Shown one piece after another: positions 1-11,048 of a stretch of 58,012 nt of DNA. The position numbers and the translations under genes are program-made. The stretch is from assembly GCA_002269645.1 (NCBI GenBank), contig NIVC01000207.1:1-58012 (forward strand), written 5' to 3'. The notes beneath the pieces were generated by a model. It did no database searches. It was not told where the DNA came from and saw only the letters and a program-made list of their open reading frames with translations. The stretch comes from Macrostomum lignano (Eukaryota). How positions within the stretch are numbered: the stretch's first letter is position 1; every line of letters begins with the position of its first letter.

Positions 1-160
1 GCGGCGGCGGCTTCTGGTTCCAGCCAGTGCCTCAGACTGCAACCCGAACGGCCCGTATTCGGCCACCAACAGGACCGGCGAGGAGGAGTTCATGGCCTGC
101 CTGCACGTGAAGAACTGGATGTCGCTGCTAGAGATTCGAATGATGCTGAGCACCGATTGA
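1..160 (+). CDS. 3' end (last exon, partial) of a fibrinogen-related domain (FReD; ficolin/angiopoietin-like) gene
   Basis: Joining three frames across two extra C bases (about nt 21 and 31) gives GGGFWF-SQC-SDCNPNGPYSATNRTGEEEFMACLHVKNWMSLLEIRMMLSTD* (TGA 158-160). This matches the fibrinogen C-terminal consensus GGWWY..C...NLNG.Y....W.SL...RMM. The 5' part lies outside the window. Confidence 0.6.
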   Translation, partial: RRRLLVPASASDCNPNGPYSATNRTGEEEFMACLHVKNWMSLLEIRMMLSTD

Positions 161-559
161 GCAAGGAGGACAACTCAATTAGAGTACTCAAGTAACATAA
201 AGGATACTACGAGATAGCAATAATTTTATCTATCCATAGTGCTGCTAGTCTAGTGGGAGCGCAGTCTTGCAAGTTAAGCAGGGTTGGCTGCGGTTAGTAC
301 GCAATCGCAGCGGGTTAGGCGTACTTTTTATATTTTATATTTTTAACGAATCACAAAAGCGTAAGCCAGTCAAGCGTTCCGTACATTTATGTCAAGAATA
401 TGCCAGCTCTTTAAAAAGTACAATTAATTAAAACTAGTTTTTACGTCAATATTTAACTTATTCAACTTAACTAAATATCGCCAAGTGTCCACGAGTCCAC
501 GCTTACGTGTAATTGCTTAAAAATACTTGTCAAATAATGAAATTAAAATCAAATAATGC

Positions 560-1520
560 GAAAGCGCGTTCTGGAAATGAAGATTACCGATGGCCTTCTT
601 GTGTCAGGACACAAGCCAGGTGCCCCTTGATGTGTCCGTTGTCAACGTGACCTCCTCTTGTGAGTAAGGTTGCACTACAGGTCTCATGGAGATTTACTTT
701 TTAAAGATTGAGTACAGTCCTCCGACCAGATTAAGGGGGTGGCTTGCCTAGACGGTTTAATATGGCGCACCTTTGGATGAAAATTCAGGAACGAAGCGTC
801 CAAAAATTGAACAGCCCCAAAAACTTCTCGACCTCGCTTTTCGAACTCGGAAGGGGGTGGATATATGACGGATCTTTTCCATCAGCTTGTCATCGGGCGA
901 TCCCAGCCGCCGAAAATTTTGAAGCCAAGGAAAGCACTCGTAATCTCGTCGAATGCACTGTTTTAACTGCCGCTGACCTTTCTTCTCTGCATTCAGTCTC
1001 GTCTCAACACCGAGGTCAGTCGCTTACAAAGAGCGAGTCGGCATTCTCAGCAAAAAGAAGAACATCATCCTGATAAATAAATTTTCCTTTTAGATTGGCC
1101 AGGATGCTCTCCATCGCCCTTGAATATAAATAAACCATTTTCATGCCCATCTATCTGCAGTTGCTAAACTCGGTTGAATCCGCGTGGGTGTTGCTGTTTG
1201 AAATCTCCTGTGCGTCCTCCTCAAAAGCAATTTTCAAGTAAGCCAATCTTTAGGTCTACCTTTTTTTCAAACTTCTTAGCGTTCTTATAAGCTTGGCAAA
1301 CAGATGCTCAGTAGATGGAATGGGGTACGACTCCAACTTTATCTTTGCATTTACATGGTTGACCATGCAATAGTCCGCGCATATCCTGAGCGAACTATCG
1401 GATTTCTTAAGCCCATAGGCGTAGGAACGGGAGGGAGGACAGTGGGGCCATGGGCCCCACATTTCTAATCGTTCCTACGCTTATGCTTAAGCCCTACACC
1501 ACGGGAGAATGAAGCGTTAG
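560..1520 (-). mobile_element. Degenerate Ty3/Gypsy pol fragment (reverse transcriptase to RNase H)
   Basis: Minus-strand pieces in RT-RNaseH order, with stops and frameshifts: LKKSDSSLRICADY..VNAKIKLESYPIPSTEHLFAKL; FQRAMESILANLKGKFIYQDDVLLF (YxDD at about 1064-1075); FLGFKISAAG; EVEKFLGL; VTLTTDTS..LACVLTQEGH. Confidence 0.85.
1414..1485. mobile_element. 72-bp hAT-like MITE inserted in the Gypsy RT remnant
   Basis: 16-bp TIRs cataggcgtaggaacg / cgttcctacgcttatg (1 mismatch); identical 8-bp flanking duplication cttaagcc (1406-1413 and 1486-1493); internal hairpin tggggcc-atg-ggcccca. Confidence 0.8.
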
Positions 1521-2168
1521 TTACCGGTCCTTCCATGGCTCAATGAGTTTAATGAGTCTTAATCTAAAAGTTACGTCAATATACTCCAGTCGTCCGTGAC
1601 TAGACATCTCGATTCTAATTATCAAAATAACCAAAAACAGACACAGTGCCAAAATATGTTTGATGCAATTCAAAAAAACTGTAAATACGAGTATATCAAG
1701 CAAGAGATTCAAAGCCAGTTTTATTTCCTCTGGATAAAAAAGAATAGAATAAAAATCTATCACTATTGCGCAACTAAGCTACAAAACACCAAATCCAAGG
1801 CCACAGTGTAAGCTGGTACAGTAAGCTATATATAGAGTGAAAAAAATGCAGCAGCCAAAACGGGTGCCGTAAGATCAACAGCTTCACCAAAACTAACTCA
1901 ATGCAGGAGGAAAACTAACAAAATAGAATAAGCAGATTTGACAAGTCAACAAAATTCAATGCTGTAGAATTAACATTTACCCTAATAGGACGCACTAAAA
2001 TTAACAGTGGTCTTTATAAAAAAAACATTTATTGGAAATGTTCTGTGTTTGTCCAAGGTGCGTCATATTAAGGTAATGAACTTATAAAAAATTGGTCCAT
2101 CCTATAGGAAATTATACATGTACTATTACACTGGCCAGCTGCACGGATGAATTGAGTGACTGTCAAGC

Positions 2169-4412
2169 CTAAAGCTCGTTTCTCCTCCTCCTTTTATCCT
2201 TGTCCGACATCTCGTCGATACTCATCTGAAGTTGAACTTTATCAGCTACTCGCTTGCAGCCGGTGCTGGAGAAGAACTTCTCCCGCTCAGGCACGAATAC
2301 CAGTTTGTTCAGCACCGCTCGATGAAGTCCGATCCGTACAGCCAGTCAGGATAGTGGAGTTTCAGGTAGTCCTTGATGCACTCGGTCACGTGGAGTCGCT
2401 CCAGCGGTAGGAATGGGATGAAACGGGACACCAGGTGATGTTTAAGTAGGGCGCTTTTGCGGAGAGGGCCTGCAGCAATCATAGTGCATCAATGAGCTAA
2501 AGTTATATTTGAATCACTTCGTGTCCCTGTTGCTGAGGTTATGGGGCTTCGAAAATGGGGCTCATGTGGCCCGATATGCATGATGTTCACGGTAATGATT
2601 GATTATTAGTAGATGAAAAACAGAACGCACCATTGCTTTCGTCATAAAGATACAATGGCAGTTTGTCGTCAAGTTTGCTGTAAACTTCCGAGCGATCTTT
2701 GCCCAGCTTTTTCTGGGCAAGCATGTACCGAGAAATCATATCACTTCCACTGTTGCTGAAATTATTCATAGGCTAAATTTATTAGGAATTAAATTGCACG
2801 AGAAATTAAAGCAAATTTATATTTGAAACTGAAGTCCCACCTTAGAAAGATGAATATCGCTCTGCGATAATCCACTCGGTCAATATGCTGGTAAGAGTCA
2901 ACAAATGGCTTAAGCGCGTCGAGCAGTGTGGCGGGCATTTTGTCAACTTCATCGAACACGAACACAGATTTTGGGCAGATCGATACGTTGCCACGAACCC
3001 AGGCTTGGATCTGGTCCTATTTTGCATTATTAATTTGCCGATAATAAAGCCTTGGTGAAAGCAAAAACTTTGTTTATGAAATAAAAAAATATGATTAGTA
3101 ATTTACTGACTAACCAACCTTATAAGTTTGCACTTGGTTTTTATGCGGAAAGTGCACAGTGCCCGAGAACAGATGATAAAACTTGCTTTTTGAATCTTTT
3201 ATAAATAGATGCCTAATAAGAATGCCAGACACATAGTTTTTCCCTGTGCCAGGTGGGCCATGCATGGATAGCAGCAAAGCTTTGGCAGGTTGATTGTTGC
3301 TCCAATGCTGTTGAACTGCATTTGACAGACCAATCAGTGGCTGGCCATAGACTCGTTCCTTTAGGGCATTGTTGAAGCCTGATTGATAATTGAAAATATT
3401 GGTTACTTGTTTTAAATAAGATATCTTAGTTTCTAAAAATGATATTTATTATGTATAAAAATCTTATCTATTTCTATAATTTCATTGATTCCCATTTTCT
3501 TTTCTAGTTTAAAATAGTTTACAGCCTAATTTTTTTAAATCAAGACCTATATTTGGGGAAGATATTATTACAAGCTAAATTAAAATAGCTTAGGCCAATA
3601 ATTTACACTTATGAACATATACATATTATATATGCACAATCTAAATTTACCTAGCTAATGCAATACAGTAAGTTTTTTCCTCAAAAATGTGATATGCCTA
3701 TATCTATAAGGCTTTTTTGACTGTTTGGTTTTTTATATAAGACAGTTTCATTTTAATAAAATTTATAATACATAATACCTTATTAGTATATCAGTTGTGG
3801 CTGAGCTATCAGTTGCACATCTAGCTATTAGGGCAGGCATAATTGATTATTATTATTATATTTCTATATTATGATTATTATTAGTTCTATTTTATTGACT
3901 TTGGCTTTCTCTATATAAATGGGTATTACAAACTAGGCTTATGACTCTGACTCATTTAATTTATTACATAATTGTTCATTGATAAACTATAAATTCAATC
4001 AGTTTATTGAATATTTGTTAACTCCATTTTGAAGTGGATATTATTAGACTAGCTTGTGCAAATCTTCAAATGTTCAAATGACCTTAAGAAGAGGTCCTAG
4101 AAATTAATTTTTAAAGTACATGGCTTTTTTAAAAAGAGAGCAGATGTGGAGAGCTTTAACATTTACATACTTACCTTCTGCACTGAAATCTATCCAAGAT
4201 CCTGAGCATCTCTCAGGGAAAATTATATCAAAAAGCCAATTAAAAAATCCATTATTAAATGGCGCCTCGCCCACGGCCACAAAAAGAGTAGGGAAGGTAG
4301 CACTTGCAAAGAGATACTTGTTTACGCCCGCTATTGATTCAACATTTGAATAACAAAACAAATTCAGCAGTGCTAAAATAGAAGCCAATGGCAGCCTTAG
4401 ATAAATCCGCAT
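2169..4412 (-). CDS. TOR1A-like: Torsin family AAA+ ATPase, paralog A (about 366 aa after correcting a 1-nt frameshift in exon 5)
   Basis: Exons (minus): 4412-4175, 3378-3119, 3016-2841, 2755-2631, 2469-2169. All introns GT-AG, phases 1,0,2,1. Signal peptide, Walker [14 protein letters not shown] sequon, Walker [10 protein letters not shown], sensor-1 [14 protein letters not shown], sensor-2 STGCKRV, ends DKRRRRNEL*. Exon sum is 1100 nt, one short of a multiple of 3; the missing G is at about 2315. Confidence 0.92.
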
Positions 4413-5267
4413 TATCTCAACTCTAGGGAAACTTATTTTATAAACAGGAAAATCAGAAATTATACGATTGTAAATTAGGATTCACTTTACAATATTTTAA
4501 AACATTTCGCGTTGTAATTTGTTCGACGACAAACCACAGGACAGGCGTGGATGGAAGCCTTGAGTCTAAATAAGTCTATATTAAAAAATTCAATTTAGCG
4601 AATTTTCGGTTTTCGATTCTATCGAATATAATTTTCCTCAGTACTTATTCTTGAATGTCTCTTTTGTTTGAATTTTTTTATTTTAGTGTAAATGCTTGTG
4701 TTGCATCTTACGTGTATTCTTTGTTTCTTTGTTGAAACGTTACCACTGATACGTACAAAAACATCGGAATTTTTGTCTTTTATCAAAAGTTGATCCTTTT
4801 TGTACAAAAGAGTCGATAAAAACTTTGCTTCCTTAGACAATCTTTATATCACAGACAGGCAGACACAAAGACAGACAGAAAGAAACTAAAACAGACTGAC
4901 TGATAGACAGACAGTTTGCATGGGTTATTGGTGGCGGATTAACCCAATCTCTGCATGGGCGGATGACCATCTTACAGGAGTGGGAGGCCATCCATGCAGC
5001 GCATAAAGTGATTTATATCTATACACCAGTCAAGCGAGGGGCGAGGGACTGACCAATCGATAGCAACGTAAATGATTGGGGGACGGCCGGTGGGTTAGGG
5101 CGGCAGGTACGGTGAGCACACAACAAAATACATTTGCAAGTCTATCACTGAAATCTCGATCTCTATTAGCAAAGAAAGAAAAATCAAGAGGGGAATTAAA
5201 ATCATTTGCTCGAATGAATTATCGCTTTCGAAACATTGTACATTAGGCATTTGCGAAAACTCAAAAG

Positions 5268-5320
5268 CAGGGACAACTAAAACACTTTAGTTATGTTTTA
5301 AAGTGTTTTAGTTGTCCCTG
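5268..5320. mobile_element. 53-bp hAT-like MITE
   Basis: Perfect 22-bp TIRs cagggacaactaaaacacttta / taaagtgttttagttgtccctg around a 9-bp core; identical 8-bp flanking duplication ctcaaaag (5260-5267 and 5321-5328); CAGGG terminus typical of hAT. Confidence 0.85.
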
Positions 5321-5559
5321 CTCAAAAGTATTTCTTTAAAAAATACAAAAAATATTTTTCAATATTTTTGAGACAATTATATAAAAAATGAACAACGAAA
5401 TTCGATTTAAACACGAAATAAATAAATTTTTTTATATTTTTCTAAGCAACAAAGTCAGCCGATTAACCCTATATAAGCTTTGCATTGAAAATTCATGTAC
5501 ATGTAAAAGCTTAGTCCTTGAAAACAAACAAAAGTCACCGTTCGTATCATTCACACGTC

Positions 5560-6100
5560 ATACATGTATCTGCTTGCCCTTGATGGCCCTAGCAGAGCGG
5601 CGCAGTGGCTCTTCAGGCTCCACAAGATCTGATTGCCGCCAACTCATCGCTGGCTGGAGCCGCCTGGCCGCCGCCAGTTGGACGTCTTCGGCTTCATTAG
5701 TGGACTCAGCAGTGGTCGACGTGCTGATGAAATTTGAAGGTTTGGCAAGGCTGCACTGAGGCGCAGTGCTGATTGGCGCACAGGGGTGCATTGAATACAC
5801 TGGCGCTTATGGGAAAAATCCGACCTTCTGGCAGAATCTTTGAATATCTCGATGGTCCGGAGGGCTGGCGACTTGATTCTTGTTTGAGAAGGTGCGCAAC
5901 AAAAAGTTAACTCGTGTTCTTGAATTTCGTGTGCCTGCGCCTGCAATACTGTATAAATGTGTAGAGCGAAAAACAAACTGACTGTCCGGGCAATGACAGA
6001 CTGAGACGATTGTCTCGTGCTCCGTTTTGCAATTTACAATTGTCCGAAAAGTGATCGAGAACTGTCATTTCAGAGCGAAAAAACTGCATGAAACCTTTTC
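5560..6100 (-). mobile_element. Probable decayed retroelement remnant (Gypsy pol C-terminal-like), partly repeated at 12360-12440
   Basis: Broken minus-strand pieces such as PSGPSRYSKILPEGRIF and EPEEPLRRSARAIKG resemble Gypsy integrase C-terminal tails. About 80 bp (5700-5790) recurs with high identity at about 12360-12440. Confidence 0.35.
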
Positions 6101-6137
6101 TAATGTTGCTCTAGTGCTTACCTCAAATTAGCGCCAG

Positions 6138-6622
6138 CAGGCACTCATTTTGTGGCCACACCCAGGCACTCATTTTGTGACCACACCCAGGCACTCATTT
6201 TGTGGCCACACCCAGGCACTCATTTTGTGGCCACACCCAGGCACTCATTTTGTGGCCACACCCAGGCACTCATTTTGTGGCCACACCCAGGCACTCATTT
6301 GTGGCCACACCCAGGCACTCATTTTGTGGCCACACCCAGGCACTCATTTGTGGCCACACCCAGGCACTCATTTTGTGGCCACACCCAGGCACTCATTTTG
6401 TGGTTACACCCAGGCACTCATTTTGTGGCCACACCCAGGCACTCATTTTGTGGCCACACCCAGGCACTCATTTTGTGGCCACACCCAGGCACTCATTTTG
6501 TGGCCACACCCAGGCACTCATTTTGTGGCCACATCCAGGCACTTATTTTGTGGCCATCCAGGCACTCATTTGTGGCCATCCAGGCACTCATTTTGTGACC
6601 ACATCCAGGCACTCATTTTGGC
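6138..6622. repeat. 25-bp minisatellite (caggcactcattttgtggccacacc), about 19 copies
   Basis: Direct periodicity of 25; explains ORFs 6150-6828. Confidence 0.97.
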
Positions 6623-6659
6623 ACCGCAGGCGCTATGCATGTATATTGGTGCCTGTAGT

Positions 6660-7320
6660 AAGTAAACTCAGACGGTTAGCGCGAGGTGGAAAAATAGTAC
6701 GGCCCTCACAAGAGCCCGCAACCAGTGAATATGCTTTTATATTCGGGATGCAGCACCCCTCCGATTCATTCATTGGCGGACACTTTAAACCAGAGAATTA
6801 TCGAGACACTTTAAATCGAGATGGCTGACACGCTGAAGCAGACCGCGTACTGGCCGGGACTACCAAACCTTCCAACCGAAGAAAATTTAGCATTCAGAAG
6901 ATTCAGATTCAGCTCGAAGAGACGGTATATTGATTGACGTGCAGAAGGTACCGCCATCAGACCGAGGAAACAGCTGCTTGCTGGCGGTGCAGAACCAGTT
7001 CTCCAAGTTCCTGACAGCTGTTCAATCCCAGACCAGACCGCTAAGACAGCTGCAGTAGCGGCCTTGAAGGCATTCTCCCTGTTAGGAGTTCCGTTGGTCA
7101 TCCACTTGGATCAGGGCTCTTCCAAGAGACGCCGCGAGCGCAGGGGCACCAGGAAGACCCGCATCACGCCCTACCATCCCCAAGAAAACGGCCTGGGATA
7201 GTGCGGCAACAAGTCGCTGCTGCAGCTGCTGAGGCTGTTCACCGAGACTGAGTCCAGCTTGAAGGAGCAGCTGTCGTTGGTGGTCCTGTCCTATAACTCC
7301 AGGGTCCACACAGCTCAACT
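6660..7320 (+). mobile_element. Degenerate Ty3/Gypsy integrase core fragment
   Basis: Plus-strand pieces LLGVPLVIHLDQG and GTRKTRITPYHPQENG..NKSLLQLLRL..LSLVVLSYNSRVH match the rve integrase consensus (GVP..IHSDQG; RTTPYHPQ.NG..ER.NRTL; AYN...H); interrupted by stops. Confidence 0.8.
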
Positions 7321-7803
7321 TAGGTTGCGCTCCCTTTGCTCATTTTCACTAATGAATAGATTGATTACTGCCCTGCAAGAACGTCGTACTTTGATCTCAC
7401 GCTGCCATTTGTAAGAAATATTATATTTTCAGCCAGAATCTGTTGTTTGTTAAAATTGATTGCACTTATTTAAGAGGAAATCCATGATTCGAGCTCGTAC
7501 CACCATGTATTTTTCAATTATCGACCATTGGCAACATTGACAACCGACTACCAAGATCATAACTTAAAGGAGTCGGCAAGTTAAAGGTATATGTAATCAA
7601 TAATTGTGCAGGTAGAAACCAACGACTACTCATGTTGTTATTGCTATTTCGATATTTTTCGATATTTTTCGATTTTTCGATATTTCGATTGCTTTCGATA
7701 GGAGGCAGTGTTGATCCTAAGATGTACATGTCCTGTGCCTAAAAACCATAGAAATGGCACGGCACGGCTCGGATCATTTGTTTTATGAATATTTTTATTA
7801 TTA

Positions 7804-8385
7804 TCCCATGCTTCAGATTGGGGAATCCCATGCTTCAGATTGGGGAATCCCATGTTTCAGATAGGTGAATCCCATGTTTCAGATAGGGGAATCCCATGTT
7901 TCAGATAGGGAATCCCATGCTTTAGATAGGGGAATCCCATGCTTAAGATAGGGGAATCCCATGCTTGAGATAAGGGAATCCCATGCTTAAGATAGGGAAT
8001 CCCATGCTCAAGATAGGGGGGATTCTTAAGATAGGGGAATCCCATGCTTCAGATAGGGGAATCCCATGCTTGAGATGAGGGAATCCCATGCTTGAGATAG
8101 GGGAGTACCATGCTTAAGATAGGGGAATCCCATGCTTGAGATAGGGGAATATCATGCTTGAGATAGGGGAATACCATGCTTTAGATAGGGGGATCCCATG
8201 CTTAAGATAGGGAATCCCATGCTTTAGATAGGGGAATCCCATGCTTTAGATAGGGGGATCCCATGCTTGAGATAGGGGAATCCCATGCTTGAAATAGGGG
8301 AATCCCATGCTTAAGATAGGGAATCCCATGCTTGAGATAGGGAAATCCCATGCTTTAGATAGGGGGATCCCATGCTTAAGATAAA
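7804..8385. repeat. About 21-bp minisatellite (cccatgcttgagataggggaat-like), about 28 copies
   Basis: Visible 20-21-bp periodicity, just downstream of the torsin B stop codon. Confidence 0.95.
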
Positions 8386-8454
8386 CTTGAGTTTCCACCT
8401 TATAGTTCCAAGTTTAGCGCTCAAAGTTTTTAACTCAATAAAAATACTGCGTAG

Positions 8455-8834
8455 CTAAATAGCTTTCCTCTTTGATTTTGTTCTCGACATGTCCGCATCT
8501 CCGCTCTTCTCTCTGTCTGCTTCATTGTCCAACATGCTCTGCACGAACTGTGCCTTGCTGATGACCATCTTGCAGCCTGACTCGGAGAAGAATCGCTCAT
8601 TCTCCGGCTTGAATCGAAGCTGCTTCAGCACCCGATCGATAAACAGCTGCCGACGCTGCGCGGCCAGGTAGTTGGGCTGGCTGGCTCGCAGGTAGTCCTC
8701 TATGCAGCCGGTCACGTGCTCCCGCTCCAGCGGCAGGAACGGGACATAGTGCGACACCAGGTTCTGCTGGAAGACGGCGCTGTCACGCACGGAGCCTGTG
8801 GTGGTATAGTGATGTGTGTGTGTGTGTGTGTGTG

Positions 8835-8865
<31 letters not shown>

Positions 8866-11048
8866 GTGTCTTAGTGTCTATGTGTCTTAGTGTCTGTCCG
8901 TCTTAGTGTCTGTCTGTCATAGTGTCTGTCTGTCATAGTGTCTGTCTGTCTGTCTTAGTGTCTGTCTATCAATCTACCAATAACAAGCAGAGCTGAGCTC
9001 ACTCTGTGTATGCAGGTACTTGATCAGCTGATTTTTCAAACTGAAGTTGCTGTAAGCATCGCCTCGGTTTCGATTCAGCCTCTTCTGCTCCAGCATGTGC
9101 TGCTCGATGGCGCTGCTGCCTTCGTTGCTGCAATTCGGGTTATAAAATCTGGGTCAAAGTTGATTCTCAGCCTACTACTTAAAGTAGTTAACAGCAGAGT
9201 CACAGCAGTTTCTCACAAGAGAAATATGAAAATTGCGCTGCGAAAATCCAATGCGTGGAACACCTGGTCGGTCTCGTGGTAGTCGAGTAGCGGTTGCAGC
9301 GAGTCAAGAAGCCTGAAGGGCATTTTGTCAACCTCGTCGAACACGAACACCGACCTGGGGCAGCGGGTCACATTGCCCCGGATCCAGGAATGAAGTCGGT
9401 TCTGACAAGTTCCATAGGGTGTGAGATTGTTTATAAGTTTGCATATATACTTGTATACAAGCTTTAATATGTGTAATAGAGTACGTTATAATTACTATGA
9501 TTATTTGGCTTACGTAGTTGATACTTTAAATAAGTCACGTCACGTAAAGCGGATGTCTTAGGGGAGCGTAGCCCAGTGGTCCAGCTCTTATTGGTCCAGC
9601 TCTTATTGGTCCAGCTCTTATTGGTCCAGCTCTTATTGGTCCAGCTCTTTTTGGTCCAGCTCTTTTTGGTCCAGCTCTTATTGGTCCAGCTCTTATTGGT
9701 CCAGCTCTTATTGGTCCAGCTCTTATTGGTCCAGCTCTTATTGGTCCAGCTCTTATTGGTCCAGCTCTTATTGGTCACTTTCTTAGTCAACATTAATTTG
9801 GGGCTAAATTGGAATCTCGGCTTGGGTCTGCTTATGCAATTAACGCCCTTAAGGGCACCCACCTCCAAGGTACAGGGTGTACATGCCTGATGATTAGAAA
9901 GTCAGGGCCTGTGCCTGAATGCATAAGTATCTACGTGCTTGTGTGATTGCTCAGGGGAGTCAGTGGAGCCTGCTCAGGGGCACTAATGCCTATCGCCGGT
10001 TGTGTGACAATGTCGCTTAAACCTGCCCACATGCTCCCTGCATCTAAAAATATAAGATATCCTCATAGGTTATATTTATTCTGAAAATTGTTTCTGGATA
10101 ATGTCTGGTCTGCTGTAGCCCCACATTTGCCTCATAGGCCACTTAACAAGTAAATATTCTAGATACAATACAACAAGTTCTAAGAAATTGAAAAATAACT
10201 TGTGCTAGCTGCTATCTGCATCATGTTAGCCTATCACTCTAGTTGATTTTTTCATAAAAAAATAAGTTTACCAACCATATAATTGAGCAGCTGACTGCTC
10301 TGGTGGAAGTGCAAAGTTGCTGGGTACAAGTGGTAGAACTGGCTTCTTGTTCCTTCTTTGTATAAATGATTTGCCATGATCTGGCATACATAGTTTTTGC
10401 CAGTGCCTGTGGGGCCATGCATTGATATCACAAGAGCTTTGGCTGCCTGACTATCATTCCAATGTTGCTGGATGGCCTCTGCTAGCCCAGTTAATGGTTG
10501 TCCATACACTCTGTTGACCAAGGCTTCTTTAAAACCTAGGAAAGAAAAAAAACTCCTTTAAATAAAAAAATTCATACTAATTATAAACAATTTTTGTTAT
10601 GCATGTTTAATTCTTTTTTATTTTAATCGAACAAAACTAAAAGTTGTGTTTAACACTTTATCAGCAAATGAACAAATAATAGAAATTAATGTATTGATTT
10701 TTAGCTATCTTAATTAGCCATACCTCCTGCAGTTTTTAAAGCTATATTATATTTAGGAATATTTTGTATTATATATTTGATAAATTAACAAAAAATAACT
10801 ACAAAGTAAATATTAGGCCTACCTGTGAAATTAAAATCAACCCATGGACTTGTGCAGGTTTCATAATCCTCACTTGAACTGTAAGAAAATTGAGCACTTC
10901 CAAAAGCAAAACAAATAGACAAAAACAATGAGGTCTTAACAATAGTAGAATATTGGGTGCTTTTGCAAGAAATTTTTCTCGATTTTCCGAAATTAAGAAC
11001 TGCATTAAATATACTAAAACTAATGAAACTCGTGAACGAAGTTTGCAT
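8455..11048 (-). CDS. TOR1A-like: Torsin family AAA+ ATPase, paralog B (378 aa)
   Basis: Exons (minus): 11048-10823, 10535-10276, 9401-9217, 9127-9003, 8795-8455; sum 1137 nt, open frame, GT-AG. Walker A HGPTGTGKN, GNVT, Walker [10 protein letters not shown], sensor-1 region FIFLFN, YVPFLPLE, ESGCKMV, basic tail RTKSKRKAI*. Confidence 0.93.
8812..8970. repeat. (GT)n/(GTCT)n compound microsatellite in torsin B intron 4
   Basis: Seen directly. Confidence 0.9.
9577..9776. repeat. 15-bp minisatellite (ggtccagctcttatt), about 13 copies, in torsin B intron 2
   Basis: Direct periodicity of 15; explains ORFs 9464-9890. Confidence 0.97.

Noticed and set aside
744-1073. Plus-strand 109-aa ORF
   Set aside because: It is the antisense shadow of the Gypsy RT remnant.
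5907-6089. HFSDNCKLQN and HTKF as a DDE DNA-transposase remnant
   Set aside because: Only two short motifs with wrong-looking spacing and no TIRs; adjacent pieces fit a Gypsy tail at least as well.
8455-8475. KxKxx dilysine ER-retrieval signal at the torsin B C-terminus
   Set aside because: The pattern matches (KRKAI), but the signal works only on cytosolic tails of membrane proteins, and the torsin C-terminus is expected to be luminal.
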